A stretch of 64,000 bases of DNA, taken from Amoebophrya sp. A120. Its lineage: Eukaryota; Protista; Dinoflagellata. The notes beneath the pieces are model-generated. The model was not told the DNA's origin. It did not search any database and saw only the letters and a program-made list of their open reading frames with translations. The translations under genes and the position numbers were made by a program. The DNA lies in assembly GCA_905178155.1 (NCBI GenBank), contig CAJINV010000012.1, positions 1,112,004-1,176,003 of the forward strand, in the 5' to 3' direction. Positions 38,680 to 52,200 of the stretch are shown here, piece after piece (positions within the stretch are counted from its first letter, which is position 1; every line of letters begins with the position of its first letter).

Positions 38680-40027
38680 CGTCGCCGCCGAGCTTGCCGG
38701 GACGCAACCCAAGCAGCGCGGAGCCGGAGGCACGGCGTTCGCGGCTCCAACACATTCTAACCGCCACGCTCGTGTAAGTAAAGCTGCTTGCCCCCTCATC
38801 TTGCATTACCAAGCGGTCGCTCATACACTACTCAAAACGTGCTCGTCGCGCTTGTTCACACACACAGACTCGCTCTCACTACTCACCTCGCGCTCAACAA
38901 AGTTTCAAAACACAAAAAGTAGCACCACGCCTCGCTATCTCTCATGGACAATAATGTAACACCTTCCTACTTTCCGAAACATAAGAGCCGGCGCCAATGT
39001 TCGTCTTGGCTTTTTCCTCCCTCTTTGTGTTGTTCCTCAAGGAACTTCGCTTTCTGCATGGCAGATTGAATCCCGTCGCTCTGCCTGGGCGCCCCGGGCG
39101 GCGTGCGCGTCGATGACACTGGGCTCGGCGCCCCCGGCTGCACGGCCCGGGCGGGCTGGCGCGCGACTGATATCTATAGCCAGGCCGCCCGACGAGGGGG
39201 CCTGGCCAACACGACCAGCGGAGCCTTTTACCATGACAGACTCGGCCCAGGCGGCGGTGGGCTCGCTGACAAGGCCGGCAGCGGCAAGCCAAAAAGCCAC
39301 ACAGACCCGCCCACGGGGCCACACTGCAACGCAAAACACGCAACACACCGCAGGCCCGGGGCCAGCCAATGCAGGGCATCCGGTTGGCCCCGCAAGCGCA
39401 GTGGGCGCGCTGGCTTGGCAGGCGAGGCGGAAAAGAGGACAGGCACGCGCGCCACGGCAACCAAGACGCTGCGCGCGCGACTGCTCGGCCGAGCCGGCCG
39501 ATGTGTCGGGGCGCGCGCGCCGGCGCCGCGCGCGTCTTCGTTCCTGGGCTGCTTGTTGGCCGACGGTCGCCGCACGGGCTGCCCTCGCCGCGATATTCTT
39601 CATTGCCTTCTTCGCAATATTCTTCATCGCCGTTTTCGCCACGCCCCCGCCGGGCTTGCCGGGAAGCAGCCCACAAGACAGGCAGCGCGCAGTTGGAGGC
39701 GCGGCGTTTGCGGCTCCGTAACATTCTAGCCTTCCTGTTCGTTTGTTTTTGAGCGAAGCTTGCCCTTGCGTTACTCAGTGCCGGTCGCTCATCAACTACT
39801 TACTCAAAAAATGCGCGCGTTCTTTCACACGCACAGACTCGGAAATCTCTGTCTCTCACCTCCTGCTCAACAGTGTTTCACAAGACTAAAGGCCTACGTC
39901 TCCTGTCTTTCATGGACTATACCTTAACACATTGCTACTTGCATTCCAAAACAGCAGAGCTGCCGCCAATTTTCGTTCGAGGCTGTTCCTTCCTCTTTGT
40001 GTTGTTTCTCAAGGAATTTCGCTTTCT
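38680..40027. repeat. Diverged ~370-bp direct repeats flanking a GC-rich block
   Basis: 38680-39056 resembles 39640-40027, both ending CTCTTTGTGTTGTT.CTCAAGGAA.TTCGCTTTCT. Confidence 0.65.
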
Positions 40028-40638
40028 TCGAAAAGTTGTTCCTTGGTGAGGAAATCTTGAATGAGAGAGATGAGAGACGTTTCACTTTGCGAGCTTCTTG
40101 AGAGATGATGAGACACAGTAGACAGTAAACCTAAAGAGAGATGATGAGATGAGACGCAGATGGTCTTCATCTGTGCGAAATCCCTATCGTTATCACCCGT
40201 TGGTTGGAAACAAGGATAGAGAGTTCTGCCTGTAGTTGAAAATGATAAAAGAGAGAGATGAGAGATGATGAGTACAACAGAAACAACGTGGCTGCAGAAA
40301 CGCAGTTCTTCGACATGGTGGTTGATGTATCACGTATTGTACAGTACAAAAGCATTATTGTACAGAAGAGTAGTCTCCACCGGGGCTATTGGTACATTTT
40401 TTTGGGAGGATCATTACAGGAAGTAGTAGAAACAAGCATTTACAGTTCCATTTAGCAGCGCATTACTTTTAGGTGCAAAAACACATACACAGGTGTGCAA
40501 CACGTAGACGTAGCAGGAGGAGCCTGACCAGCAATTACAGCTGCAAAGTCATGGCTCTATTATTTGAAATGCAACGCGTTCCACCCTCCACTTCCCTTCC
40601 AGACCCTGCAGCAAAACGACCTTCTATCCGCCAATCTT

Positions 40639-42554
40639 CTACACGATCAGCTGATATGCGGTTTTTTTCTCCGCGAGCTCGTGCAAGGCGCCCGGGCCAC
40701 CGGTCAAGCGGTTAAATGCGTCCCGGTTCAACACCAGCAATTTGCAGTCCGTCACCGCTTTGATCGTGCACTGCCGCTTCTGGTCTTCCAGTAAAGCTAA
40801 TTCTCCAAAGAAATCACCCGGTTTCGTGTACTCCAACACCTGTTTTTCCTCCCCCTCTTCCCCTTCCTTTTTCAACGCCACGCAACTCCCCTTTTCCAGA
40901 ATGAAAAACTCCGAGCCGACCGCGTCTTGTTTGATGATAATTTGTATCAAATGCAAATAGGTCATCTGGGTCTGGAAAGATGCAGGAACTTGTGATGCTA
41001 CCTTTGGATTCTACATAAAATCTGTACTGCATGAACAGCAAAAGAGGTGCAATTTGTGCTACGTGGAAGGGCATTTCTCATGCGAAATGAGCATCAGAAA
41101 GCCCTCGCAGAATCTCTGATGCTAGGGCATGCATCACAGACCTCATGGGTGATGCAAAATCTGCATGACAAACTCCTGCATTCTTCCAGACCCAGACATT
41201 TTTGCAGTTGATAATCTGGTTTGCCTTCACCTCCCGTTCCACGATCCCGTCTACGATTTGCGACTTCTTCGTCTGCTCGATCCTCTGGAAGAGTGGGACT
41301 TTGTTCAGAAACTCCAAAATCATGTCGCGTTTGCTTTTATTCGTGGTTTGCAACACGGCGTTGTAATTTTTCCGGGTCAAGTTCCAAATAATCGTCGATT
41401 CTTTCGTGCAAACGACGGTGAAATCCCGGTTTTTCTGGTGCAAGACCGCCATCTCGTCGATGATGTTGTTGTCGTTTTTGTTCAAAGGTTTTGGCGTCAC
41501 AATTTTCACCAACTGCTCATTTGGATCCGCGAGATCATCGTCTCGTAAGTGAACTTCGCCGTGATCGAGAATGGAAAGGTAGTCTGCGTTGGCGGACTTT
41601 TTGTACAAGACATCCCCGGGTTCTAGTGGAACTTCCTCCATCGCGTCGATGAGTTTCTGCAAAGATTCCTCCGAAAGCTTCTCGAACAGGACGGACCTTA
41701 CCTGATAGAACAAGATGAAGATATTTATCCACGACCGGATCCCGAAGATGATCATCACAGGGAAAAAGCAAAAACTTCGATTCCTGTATATTAAGTTATT
41801 GCTAATCTAGCAGCTGTAAAGCGTGGTCGGATACTAGTACCATGTTGACTACATCAAGCTCAAAAAGAAACCAGAAATCAGCCTACAATCTATCAATTAT
41901 CCGTAGTAGTTCTAAGTATATTTGTACCAGCGTATTCCGCAACCTCTTCCTTTGGCTATCGCTTTTCGCGAATACGGGCACAACTTCCTCACCCTCCATG
42001 ACCGGCCCGGGCGACAGTCCCCTACTTCTGGGCGACGACGCCACCGCTCGTCGTTTTTCCGCATTTCTATTCGGTGCGACCAAATCCGCGTCGTCTAGAA
42101 GCAACTCGTCGTCCGTTTCCAGTCCCGTCATCTCGCCAGATTCGGGATTTATCCCATCTTGTCCCGCCGCTTCCCCCTCCCCCTCGACCGGCTTCGCCAA
42201 CGCCGCGGCTTCTTCCTGTTCCTGTTTCGCTAACGCTTCCTCCTCCATCTGAATCCTTTTCTCGACCGCGGCCTTTTCCAAAGACCCTAACGCCCGCCCG
42301 CATTGGTTGATCTTCTCGTTTAGCTGCTTGTTTTCATCCAGCAACAAGTCGTACTGTGTGGAGACCGTGTTCTTTCGCAAATTGCACCAGGCCAGGAGGT
42401 AATTTGTCGGATCTTGGTCGAGTTTGGCGCAGAACAAAGCGTCCATCACCATGTCTTCGAGAAGGGGGTTCAGCGTATCGCGGACGTATTTCTTCTTGGC
42501 GTCGCTGATGTTCAGCTTCTCCAAATCGTCGGAATTCACGTTGCCGGGCGGCAT
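40639..42554 (-). CDS. PKA regulatory-subunit-like protein with Dpy-30/RIIa-like N-terminal domain and two CNB domains
   Basis: YVRDTLNPLLEDMV...DPTNYLLAW; PVFAKSDSQRKRL; FFGELALLEDQKRQCT; GT-AG intron at ~41702-41925 plus one introner. Confidence 0.85.
40945..41213. mobile_element. Introner family A
   Basis: TIR; TSD ATTTG/ATCTG. Confidence 0.9.
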
Positions 42555-43251
42555 GGTCAGACTGTGGATGTGGTGGAGTTTTTTTACGAATCAAAATTAT
42601 GGGGCTACTGTACAACTGTGAGAACCAAGTGCTTCTTGGGGAAATAATGTACTGATAGCGCAGAACAATGGGAATGAAACCAAGTTGAGGTCCTGATGTT
42701 CAAGGAAAAGTAGAGAAAGCGACATGTTGCACTACTGTTCGACTGACAGTTTGATGAGGCATAGGCGCCGCGGAAAAAGAATCCGTTTTCGTACGAGGAT
42801 CCGCAAATAAATGCTGTACGAGGGACGATGTGGTCTGAACGAGACTTCTTGTCAGAAGGTTTTATTTCAGTCCTTAACACAGGCTTAGTCAAGCAGGAGC
42901 TATCGATGGACGAAATGAACCGAAATAATGGACGAAATCTTCACACCGATAGTAAAATCCAAATCCTGTCTTCATGCGTTTCCACAAACCGAGAGGATCT
43001 GAGGAGGAGGCACTTACAACTCAAGGACAGACCGATTATTGCTGTGTTGTCTCAAATTCAATTTCATCTTCTAGGGCGGGCTTTTCATCCTGACACTCTA
43101 CCTTGCGGATACGGAAACAAGGAGCTTGTTCCGTGCAATTGCAGACAGAAACAAATGAAATCGACTTCGACAGCAGATACTGACTGGTAGTTACAAAAAA
43201 GAAATTATCAAACTTGTGTCGCAAAAGAAACAAGTAGTTAGAAAACAGAAG

Positions 43252-46200
43252 TCAATACGCATCTCCCCCCGCCGTTTCCGCGTCTGTGATTCCGTTATGC
43301 ATTGCAAAAGTATCGTACTAGTAGTATCGTACTAGTAGAAATAGCATTACAGATTTATTCAGAAGGAAAAATGGAATTTGTAATGCTGAATGAGCTAAGG
43401 GACCAGATTTGTCATGCATGACTGCAATTACTACGAGTACGATAAATATCCCCTCGTACAAAGCACCAACGACGCTCATGAGCAAAAGTCTCTAACTGGT
43501 ACGAAAGGAGAAATGATGTAGGTAGGTGCGTGGAAACCAACTAAACCGACATCAAATGGGAGACACAGTCTGCACAACCGAGAAACACTTTTTGGAAGTC
43601 AACGTGCGTAGAGCGGGCTCCGAGACGGGGATAACACCGATCGAAGTCCGGGGAAGATCGCAAGGTCTGAGTATAACACGCACGAGGACGGTCTACAACG
43701 GCATGCAGAGCTACTAGGTGTCGTAAATGTCGTAGCGTCAGCAACATGGGTGAGGAGAAGCTACGACACAAGTCGGAGTAGCTTAGCGGTGGGAGTACAA
43801 AATACAAAGTCACAAGAGTCTAAAGCCGGTGGTAGAAACAAAGAGAACAGGTAGAGACGAAATGAACGACGTTGGAGCAGTTTCCGCATGTGTATATTTA
43901 TCTTAGCAAATATCCCCTCGTACAAAGCACCAACGACGCTCATGAGCAAAAATCTCTAACTGGTACGAAAGGAGAAATGATGGAGGTAGGTGCGTGGAAA
44001 CCAACTAAACCGACATCAAATGGGAGACACAGTCTGCACAACCGAGAAACACTTTTTGGAAGTCAACGTGCGTAGAGCGGGCTCCGAGACGGGGATAACA
44101 CCGATCGAAGTCCGGGGAAGATCGCAAGGTCTGAGTATAACACGCACGAGGACGGTCTACAACGGCATGCAGAGCTACTAGGTGTCTCATAGTCGCTGGC
44201 TAACGCAGCACAAATGGTTTGATCACGCCAACTGTGACCGGGATCTACGTTGCATATGTGGAACGGGATCAAGATCAAAGAGGAACGACGGAGGGCAGGC
44301 ATATTTCTAGTATCGCCTGCAGTACTCGTGGCCATTTGTGTGACGGTGTTGTGTCATTATGAAAAGTGCAGAAATGTTCACAAAATGATGTACATTCAGC
44401 TCGAAGAGCACAGCACGCTGAAACATGATTTCATTTGTGCAATGCGAGAAGTTTGAAACAAAGCGCGAAACAGGTGAAATGGTGATAGCTCTTTAGTGTG
44501 AAACTTCGCTACCGCTAGCATTGTACAAACTGAAGAAGGACACAACATCCGTGCCGGAAGCAGCATGCGTCTGCGAGACCATGCGGGCTTCCGACTCGTT
44601 CTGGAGGGGACGATGGATCGGCTTGTAGTGTCTCTGGTGGATGTCGTGATCTTCTACTGTAAAATGCGCTTGGGTAGCTGGGTGAAGGTCGAAGCGGTGG
44701 CGGAGATAGAGCTCCGCGTCCACGGAATAGTCGCGCTCCCACTCGGTGGAGTTGGGCGACCAGAGAAACCAACTATTGACCTTTTCCTTGTATGCTGCGT
44801 ACTGGGCGCGCTGCTGGGGTGTGCCGCCCGGTAAATAGCCCAGCATCATGGAGCGCAGGCGTAATGCGATCGCTAGGCCGCGGCGGATTCCATACGGATT
44901 GGTTTTCAGTGTGGCTGCTATGTGCTCCAGGTCACTCCTGGATGCTGGTAGTACGTCGGGAAAGAAGATGCCCGCCGGTAGGTGCACCTGCAGTGTGCAT
45001 CATGATGGTAGTGAAATAAAAGAATGATCTACGTTGCGAATCCGGCCAGAAAGCCAGTTCATCGCTGAGGCTGAATCAAAAAAGGTTGAAGAAGCGTAGG
45101 AGTACCATATTGAGTTCGCCCGGAGACTCGTCAACTTTAACATCCCGCGCATGCGCCATCACATGGCCTGGGATCTTGCTGCTCGGCAGGGCTTTTTGGC
45201 CGGAGATGCTCTCGAAGCTGATGGGCCTCAGGCCGCTCGTCCACCACATGACGAAGATCTTCTGGTGTCTCACGGATAGTTTTGCAGTTTCGGGAAAGGA
45301 GGGCGGGCAGGCTCGGGTGCGTGTGTACTGCCGCTGCATCCTCTTAAGCGTTTCGTACGTTTGCGATTGGCACTGCTGCCTCCACGGCTGTATGAAAGGG
45401 TGAAAAACCGGAGGTGAAGGCAAAGGGAGAGGTGACATTGACAACTTTTGCACTACTACACCTGAGCCTGGGCACAGGATGGAAACGAAAGAGGAAATAT
45501 ACAAACTCATGCAGGTTCATGCGAAGATGGCTCAGCGGGGGTGGGACATAAAACAGAGGCGCACCACCTGGATGCAAGATGAAGATCGCAGCCTACCTCT
45601 CCCTCTGTATTCATATAGATTTTCACTCTGGATAGGCTGCTTGCGCTCCAAACCGTGCAGGCTGCGGAGCCTCTGGCACACGAGGGAGACGCATGCCTTC
45701 ACGTCCTTGTACCCATGCTGGACAAGGTAGTCGGCGAAGTCCAGCACGTCGCTGAACTTGATGTCGGGGTGTGCGTTTTGAATATCCTGCACCTGCTTGG
45801 TGGTCGTCACCGTACGAATGTCAAGGAGCCAATCCTTGTGGTTTTGCGTGAGGCAGTAGTGCGACCAGAGTCGCCAAAAAGCGTTCCGCTGCGCCAAGGT
45901 CTTCGGCGGGTACCACTTCTCTTCTGGCCACACCAGGAAGACAGTGGCGTCGTCTAGTGGGTACTGATCCCGGAAGGACGCCGGCACCAGTGCTGCAGCA
46001 CGGGTGTTGTCGCTCTCGCTGGACCACTTTGGGAAATCAACTCGCACTCCATTGTAGAAGTTGCACTGTCTCCCAGCTGCCTCGCCTATAGGATCCTTAG
46101 GCAACTGCTTTGGCAATTTTGCTGCTGCTCGCTCGTGGTCAAGGAGGGCTAGGCCGTCGGTGAACATTTTTCCTTCAAACAAGCTCTGCCCTGTGCAGAG

Positions 46201-49200
46201 CTAAGATGGTGCAACGCGTGCGCCGCTCAATCCTATCGCGCGGCCTGCTCAGGTCTGCGTGGATCACTTGATTCTACATAAATTATACAACGCGCAACGT
46301 GTCGCGTTTTTTGGAAAAGTTTGTTACAAAACGCGATGGGAAAACAGGTGTCGTGCCAAGTTTAATTTTTACAAGATAAGAACTACTCCAGAAGTAAGTC
46401 GACCATGTTCTCCTCCATTTCTTTCGCAAAAGCTCGGATCTCACTCCAAATCTGCTCATCTGAAAACTGAAAATCTACATTGTAAGTCTTTTGTAAAAGC
46501 TCGAGCAGATCAGTGCGGGTCGTGGCGTCCGCAGGGTTGACAGTAGTGTTGATGTAGCAGTAGTGCCACAGAGTTTGCGGGTTCTTGTGGGCCCAGGCAC
46601 AAAGTGCACTAATTGCACTAGTGCTAACAGCGTTCTTCAATGACCCCGAGCAGATGCCAGCTACTGCGCCTGCATTATCGCAATGCAGCAGCGAGTTTTT
46701 GCCCTCGAGGTGTGTGGCAAAGAGCCGCTGCGCGATCGCAGCAGCCAGAATCTCGTACGTAAGTATGGACCCTCTGCGGAGGATCGGGGGCAGTTGTGAC
46801 TGCTTCGTGTGAAGCGAGAAGCCAACTGTCCGCTGCTTGTGCTGGAAGAGAGTGGCGCCAATGGCCACCTCGTCCCGCTTGAAGCTGGCGTCGCTCATAA
46901 CATGGGCACGCTCCCGGATCATTCCCAGCCTGACGATGTCTGTGGTGTCTCGTAGCTGGATGATTTTCTTGACCTTGTTCAGAATGATGCACAAGCTCTG
47001 CCGTGTGGTGGGCTGCGCTACTAGGCGGAAAAAATCTTTCTCCGAGGCGGTAAGCCGGTACAAGTGCTGCAGGATCGGGATGCCACGCCGGAACTTCCGG
47101 CTGTGCATCACATGGATCAAAAGCCCCTGCATGCGCTGGAGGTTTTTGAATGTGCAAAAATTCCGGCACTTGTCGGCGGCGAAGGTGGCCACTAGCTTGT
47201 CACACTCCTCCGAGATCCGCGCGACCTTCTTTTCCGGGACGTAAAGCGAGATCTTCGCGGCGGTTTTGTGGCAGGCGATGCCCAGCAGCTCGCAGGTCTC
47301 ACCCGTGCGGCAAGTTTCGTGCTTTTCCGGTGCTATGGCCACGCCGATGGTGGCGAGGAAGCGCCGGAATGCTGCCTCGTCCACTGGGATCAATTCGTCT
47401 GAACCGACGTACATGATATCATCCACATACACAAAGCAAGGAATCCGCAAAACTTTGTTGACGTAGTGGGACACCAATTCCGACACTGTTCCACAGAATC
47501 CGTAGATACTGTGAACATTGCCGAAGTTCAGGGCGAAAAGCTTGCCGAAGACCATCTTCTTCTTGAAGGGGTCGAATATCTGAAACTTGTTCAGCTCCGG
47601 ACGCTTCACGGCGCATTGGAAATACGCTTGAAACAAGTCGTCTTTTGCAATCGCGGGGAGAAAGCTGTGACCTTTAAAGTCCGGCTTCGGCTTTGGCAAC
47701 GCCTTCACATGCTTCCAGGTGTACTTCTCGTTGTACTTCCGCGCGATCTGCCTACCCTTCGCGATGGACTGGCTGACATCGGCGCGGTCCTGCCAGAAGG
47801 CGTCGGAGTACTCGGGGTTGGCGCAGTATGCGACTCCCTCGATAATTTCCGGCAACCCCGGCAAACTCATCTTCTCGCTTTGCGGTGACAGGTGGTCATT
47901 GACCGGGCCGTCGTTGGAGATCGGCCGGACCTTCGCGAACGCTCCGGTCTCGTCGTTGAGACGCTGGCCAAGGCCGAAGATACTGGAAAACCAGTCGCCT
48001 CGGCTCTTGGCTTCCGCCAACTCCTCCGGCGTTAGCTCGACGGCCAGACCGGCGTCAATGAGCTTTGAGTACGCTGTGAAGCTGCGCTGCTGCACATCTT
48101 CGGTCTCGAAGGACCTGGATGTGCAGTGGGCCAATATGACATGTAGTCGCGCTAGAAGAAAACCTCGCAAGAAGGCTAGAAAATGGAACTTGCTCAGGCG
48201 TAAAACAGAAAAGGAGAAAAGTATAAGAATACCACGGCCCCGACCGTATCTTGGCAAAAGACTGCAGACCTGCATGTCGCTCGGGGTCGTAGAAGTCGAA
48301 CTGGGTGAGGGTTTTCATGTACTCAGGCGAGAGGGGCTTGGCGTTTTCCCATGCTTTGAACACAGGGACGCGCCCCCGCGTCAGGAAGCCCGTGTTGATG
48401 AAACCCGAGGCCCCGAAGGCTCGCCTCCTCGACCACTTGTCCCCGAAATTGGCGTCGCGCGCGGCGAGTAGCATCGCCATCGCGTCGCACTCTCGAGTTG
48501 GAAACAGTGGGTCCTTCCCGATGTACATCGCGTTCACCCTGCGCACGTGGTCGGGCTTTGCCTTCGTGTACAAATCTCGCAGCTCTGTGCTCAGCTGCAC
48601 CCTGCGATCGAAATCGGACAGGACGCGATCTAGCCGCGCGGTTTCGTCGCTCACCGCCGTGCTGGCGGGCAAAGCGTCGACGCCCCGGAGGTGGTCGATC
48701 GCATCTTTTTTGAACTGGGGCAATTTTGGCATTTTCGAGGGGGGGGCGAAAGCAAAAAAGGAGAAGGGCTTGCTGCTACACTAACACTACTGTCGCTGCT
48801 ATGCCACGATGGAAATTCTCGAAAATACTAGTTCTTTACTGAGAGCGGAATGTCGAGTACAAAAGTCAAGCCGTGCTAGTTACGAAAACGAAGCGTGCTC
48901 CTTACGAGTAGAACTTCCCCATGTTCATGCACTGTGACTGCTGTGCGCGACTTAGCCAACCCCCACGACAGGCTACTCTGCTGTGCTCTGACCCGTCTAC
49001 TGACACAGAAAAATCTCCCGTATGTGTAAATAGTAGGACGAGAACTTCGTAGAGCGAGCCCCACCGAGAACGCTTGTAGCGCAGCGAGAGTCGAGAATGC
49101 GAGATGCTTCAAGGCGTTGCACCGCTATCACAATCAGAGAGGAGACTAGAGCAAGCCCGGGCATTTAGCTCGAGCCTGGGCACCTGAATCGCTTTCAATT

Positions 49201-52200
49201 CCCTGCGTTGCATCTTGCTTATCGCTACTGTGATCAGCACAAGGCGATCCGGTAGGGTCGTTGCCAATTCGCTTGCTCCGTCGAGGTCGTACAAACAAGC
49301 GCTCCGGTGCGTTCGCTAAAAACTGTCTTCCGATCGCGATCGGAAAAAATAGAGTCGGTGTGATTTCTGGTCCGAAAAATAATACAAATCGATAGCCATT
49401 CGGCAGCGTCTTAATGCAGAGAAAACTCGAAGAATCGTAGTCGAACGTGAGCGATTCATGCTGGCTGCTACAACATCGGTCTTTGCCGCAAAGGTAGTGT
49501 GGGTGGTAGTCAAATTTTAAAGATTAATTCTCATCGACAAGAGCGAATGCGTGTCACAAACTAGGGAGCGAAAGATCTATAAGCGAGCTACGGCGGGTGC
49601 TGTTCATGCTTTCCGCCTTTCTTCCCTTTCTCGCCCTTCGTCTTCCCGTCGCCCTTGCTGGCCTTTTTTCCCGCGCCTTTCTTCCCGGCGGGGGCGGGCG
49701 GGTTGGTCCACTGGGAGATGTCGACCGTGGCGTTGAAATTTTCCGTGTGGTACTTGGTGCTTGCGGGGTGGCCGCCATTATCACGCTCGCACTTGTCGCC
49801 CCATTTGCAGTACATCACGTCGTCGCTCCCGGGCAGGCGGAAGCCGCACAATCCGCCGCAGAACAGGGTGCAGATGGTGGCGTTCTTCCGGATCGTTTCC
49901 ACTTCCGTGCAGTACGCTGCCGCGAGGCCCGGCCGGGTGAAGGAGAGGGCGGCTGCGAAGCCGGTCTCCGTGCCCCTCCCCGCTCCCGGGGTATAACCTG
50001 TGGCTATTTTGTGAATACAGAAAGAGATGCGTGATTTTTAAGCGTAAACGGCCGTCAGTAGAAAATCTGCAAAAACATGTGCAAAAACTAGGAAAACGCC
50101 CCCGCGTATGTGATCGGGATCGATGGTTTCTAGGCGTAAACGGCTACCGAAATTGAACAGCAAACTACAAGGGAATAGCTAAAAAGCTGCACCAGTCGGC
50201 GCACCCGCCGCGGCGGCTGTGTGCGTGGCTGTCGGTGCTGCTGTGGCCGAAGCGCCACCAGTGGTAGCGGAGGTAGTGCTAGTGTTGGTCGATCCAGTCC
50301 AACCGCCACCACCCCCCGCACCTTTCGTCGTCGCCGCCTGCTTTGGGGCCGGTTTGCTGATCTGGTAACCAAAAGTCCCGTCCTTCTCCTGTACCTTGCG
50401 CAGCTCCGCATGTGCGGTTCTGTCGAACGGCCGGACATCATCAGCAAGGCCCGCAATGGCCTTGACAAACTCCTTGGTGGAAATTTGCGGACTATTCGCC
50501 TCCGTGGCTATGCAGAGTTCGGCGTAGAGCAGGATCAGGTGCGGGAGAGAGCAGTCGGATTTCTCCCCGGTGAACTTCTTCAGCGTCTTCTGGTCGCTGA
50601 GCCGCTGTCGCAGGCTCGTGTACTTGTCCAGTGCGCTGCTTTTCCAAAGAGACGTCCCGGCGAACGGGATAAGCAGGAACAGTTCCGGGAGGTTGTGCTT
50701 GCACAGGAGTTTGTTCACATTTGTCAAGTCGCCGTGCTGCACATCGGATCCATGCATGGTGCTGAAGGATCGGCATTCTTCGAAGATCTTCTTCACCAGC
50801 ACCTTGATCTCCAGAAATTTCACACCGGGGAAAAGTCGCTGCGTTTGCGCGTTCAGTGCGCCCCGGCCGATAAGGACCACCTGGTGGAATTCATCGATTG
50901 TTTTTGCGGTGCGCGGCCATCCGAAAGGAACGAGCAGGTCGGACTTGGAAACTTTCTTGCTGACGTTCGCGCAAAAGTCGTCGAAACTGGGCTCGTCGAA
51001 GAGGTTGCTCATCAGGCAGAGGACCATGTCCTGCACAAAGTTCGTCTTTTCCAGGGTGGAAACTTTGCTACTGTATCTGCCAAGCACACCCTGCGACAGG
51101 ATGGCGCCGCAGATTGGGTTCCCGAGGTCCTTGCCGACGTACGTAGTGCCCTTCCGGGCGCACTCCGCGGCTGCTTCGAACTCCGGCTGTACCTCTTCGC
51201 AGAGGAAGCAGAAAAACCTGCGTGCGTAAAACAAGAGATATTGTTGGGTGGAAGAACCGGAAATGCAAACGAGCTCATAAGTGGGTGGCCTGACAAATGT
51301 GTAGCATAGAGGAGACGGAGCAAAAGAAATATACGACGGGTTCGGGCGTCCCTTGTTGTTCACCAGCAGGCTGCCCCAATGCTTCAGCGGTGGGTTGTAT
51401 CCGGCTGGTGCCCTGGAGAAGTACTTGGTGAGGTAATCGTCGTCGTCTATCCACTGCTGTAGCCCTTCTTTCGAGCGCGGCTGGAAGTTCGAGCGCATGA
51501 CCTGGCCGGTACTCAGGTTGACCAGTGCGAAGGTCCCGGCGGATGCTGGTAGCTGCTGCTGCTGCTGCTGGGCCCCCGCCTGCTGCAGCATGCCGATGCC
51601 CTGGTATGACGCGTCCGCCAGGAGTCCCATGGGGTTTGCCTGGGCTGGCTCGGCGGCTGCTGTCACATCGGGTTTGACCGCGTTGGCTCGGCGGAGCTTC
51701 CGCAGCGCTAGACGGTCTGCTTGCGATTGGAGGCCACCTGGAGGACAAAAATTGCATCAATGAATTATATATCCAGGGAAGCTTACGCATACGCTGTGCT
51801 GTGAAATGCTAGCGCAGAAAAGACGAAATAGGAAGCACGTGTAACTGTGTACAGTTCTGCAACCCAAAGTGCTTCCCGCGCACCGCTCCTGAGGAGTCGG
51901 AAGATGCTCCGCCGCTGCTAGGCGGGGAGGCCACGCGCGCCCTTTTGTTTACGTTCTGCTGTGGTGAGGCGGGCATCGGTGGGTGTCCCATGATCGGCTG
52001 CGCGGCGCTGGTGTCCGTGTCGCCTCGCGCTTTCAAGTCTTCCTTCTTCTTCTTTACAAAGTCGTCCATGTGCTCGCGAGCTGCTTGCACTTCGTTCGCC
52101 GAACAGCTTTTGAACGGCCAGTCACGCGGAGCGGCGACTGGTTGCTGCTGCTGTGCTGCTTGCTGCAGGTTCTCGGGCTGCTGGGGCGGCGCCGAGGAGG

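Noticed and set aside
36381-39752. Arg/Ala/Pro-rich ORFs as genes
   Set aside because: GC-rich stop-poor DNA open in several frames with no motifs; the small hydrophobic ORF 37569-37862 is unresolved.
43444-44186. LTR pair of an LTR retrotransposon
   Set aside because: The arrangement is A...B-A-B with no TSD, no TG..CA ends and a YR instead of a DDE integrase.
44493-46182. The YR as the enzyme mobilising introners
   Set aside because: 5-bp TSDs with TIRs point to a DDE-type transposase; the YR element itself made no TSD.
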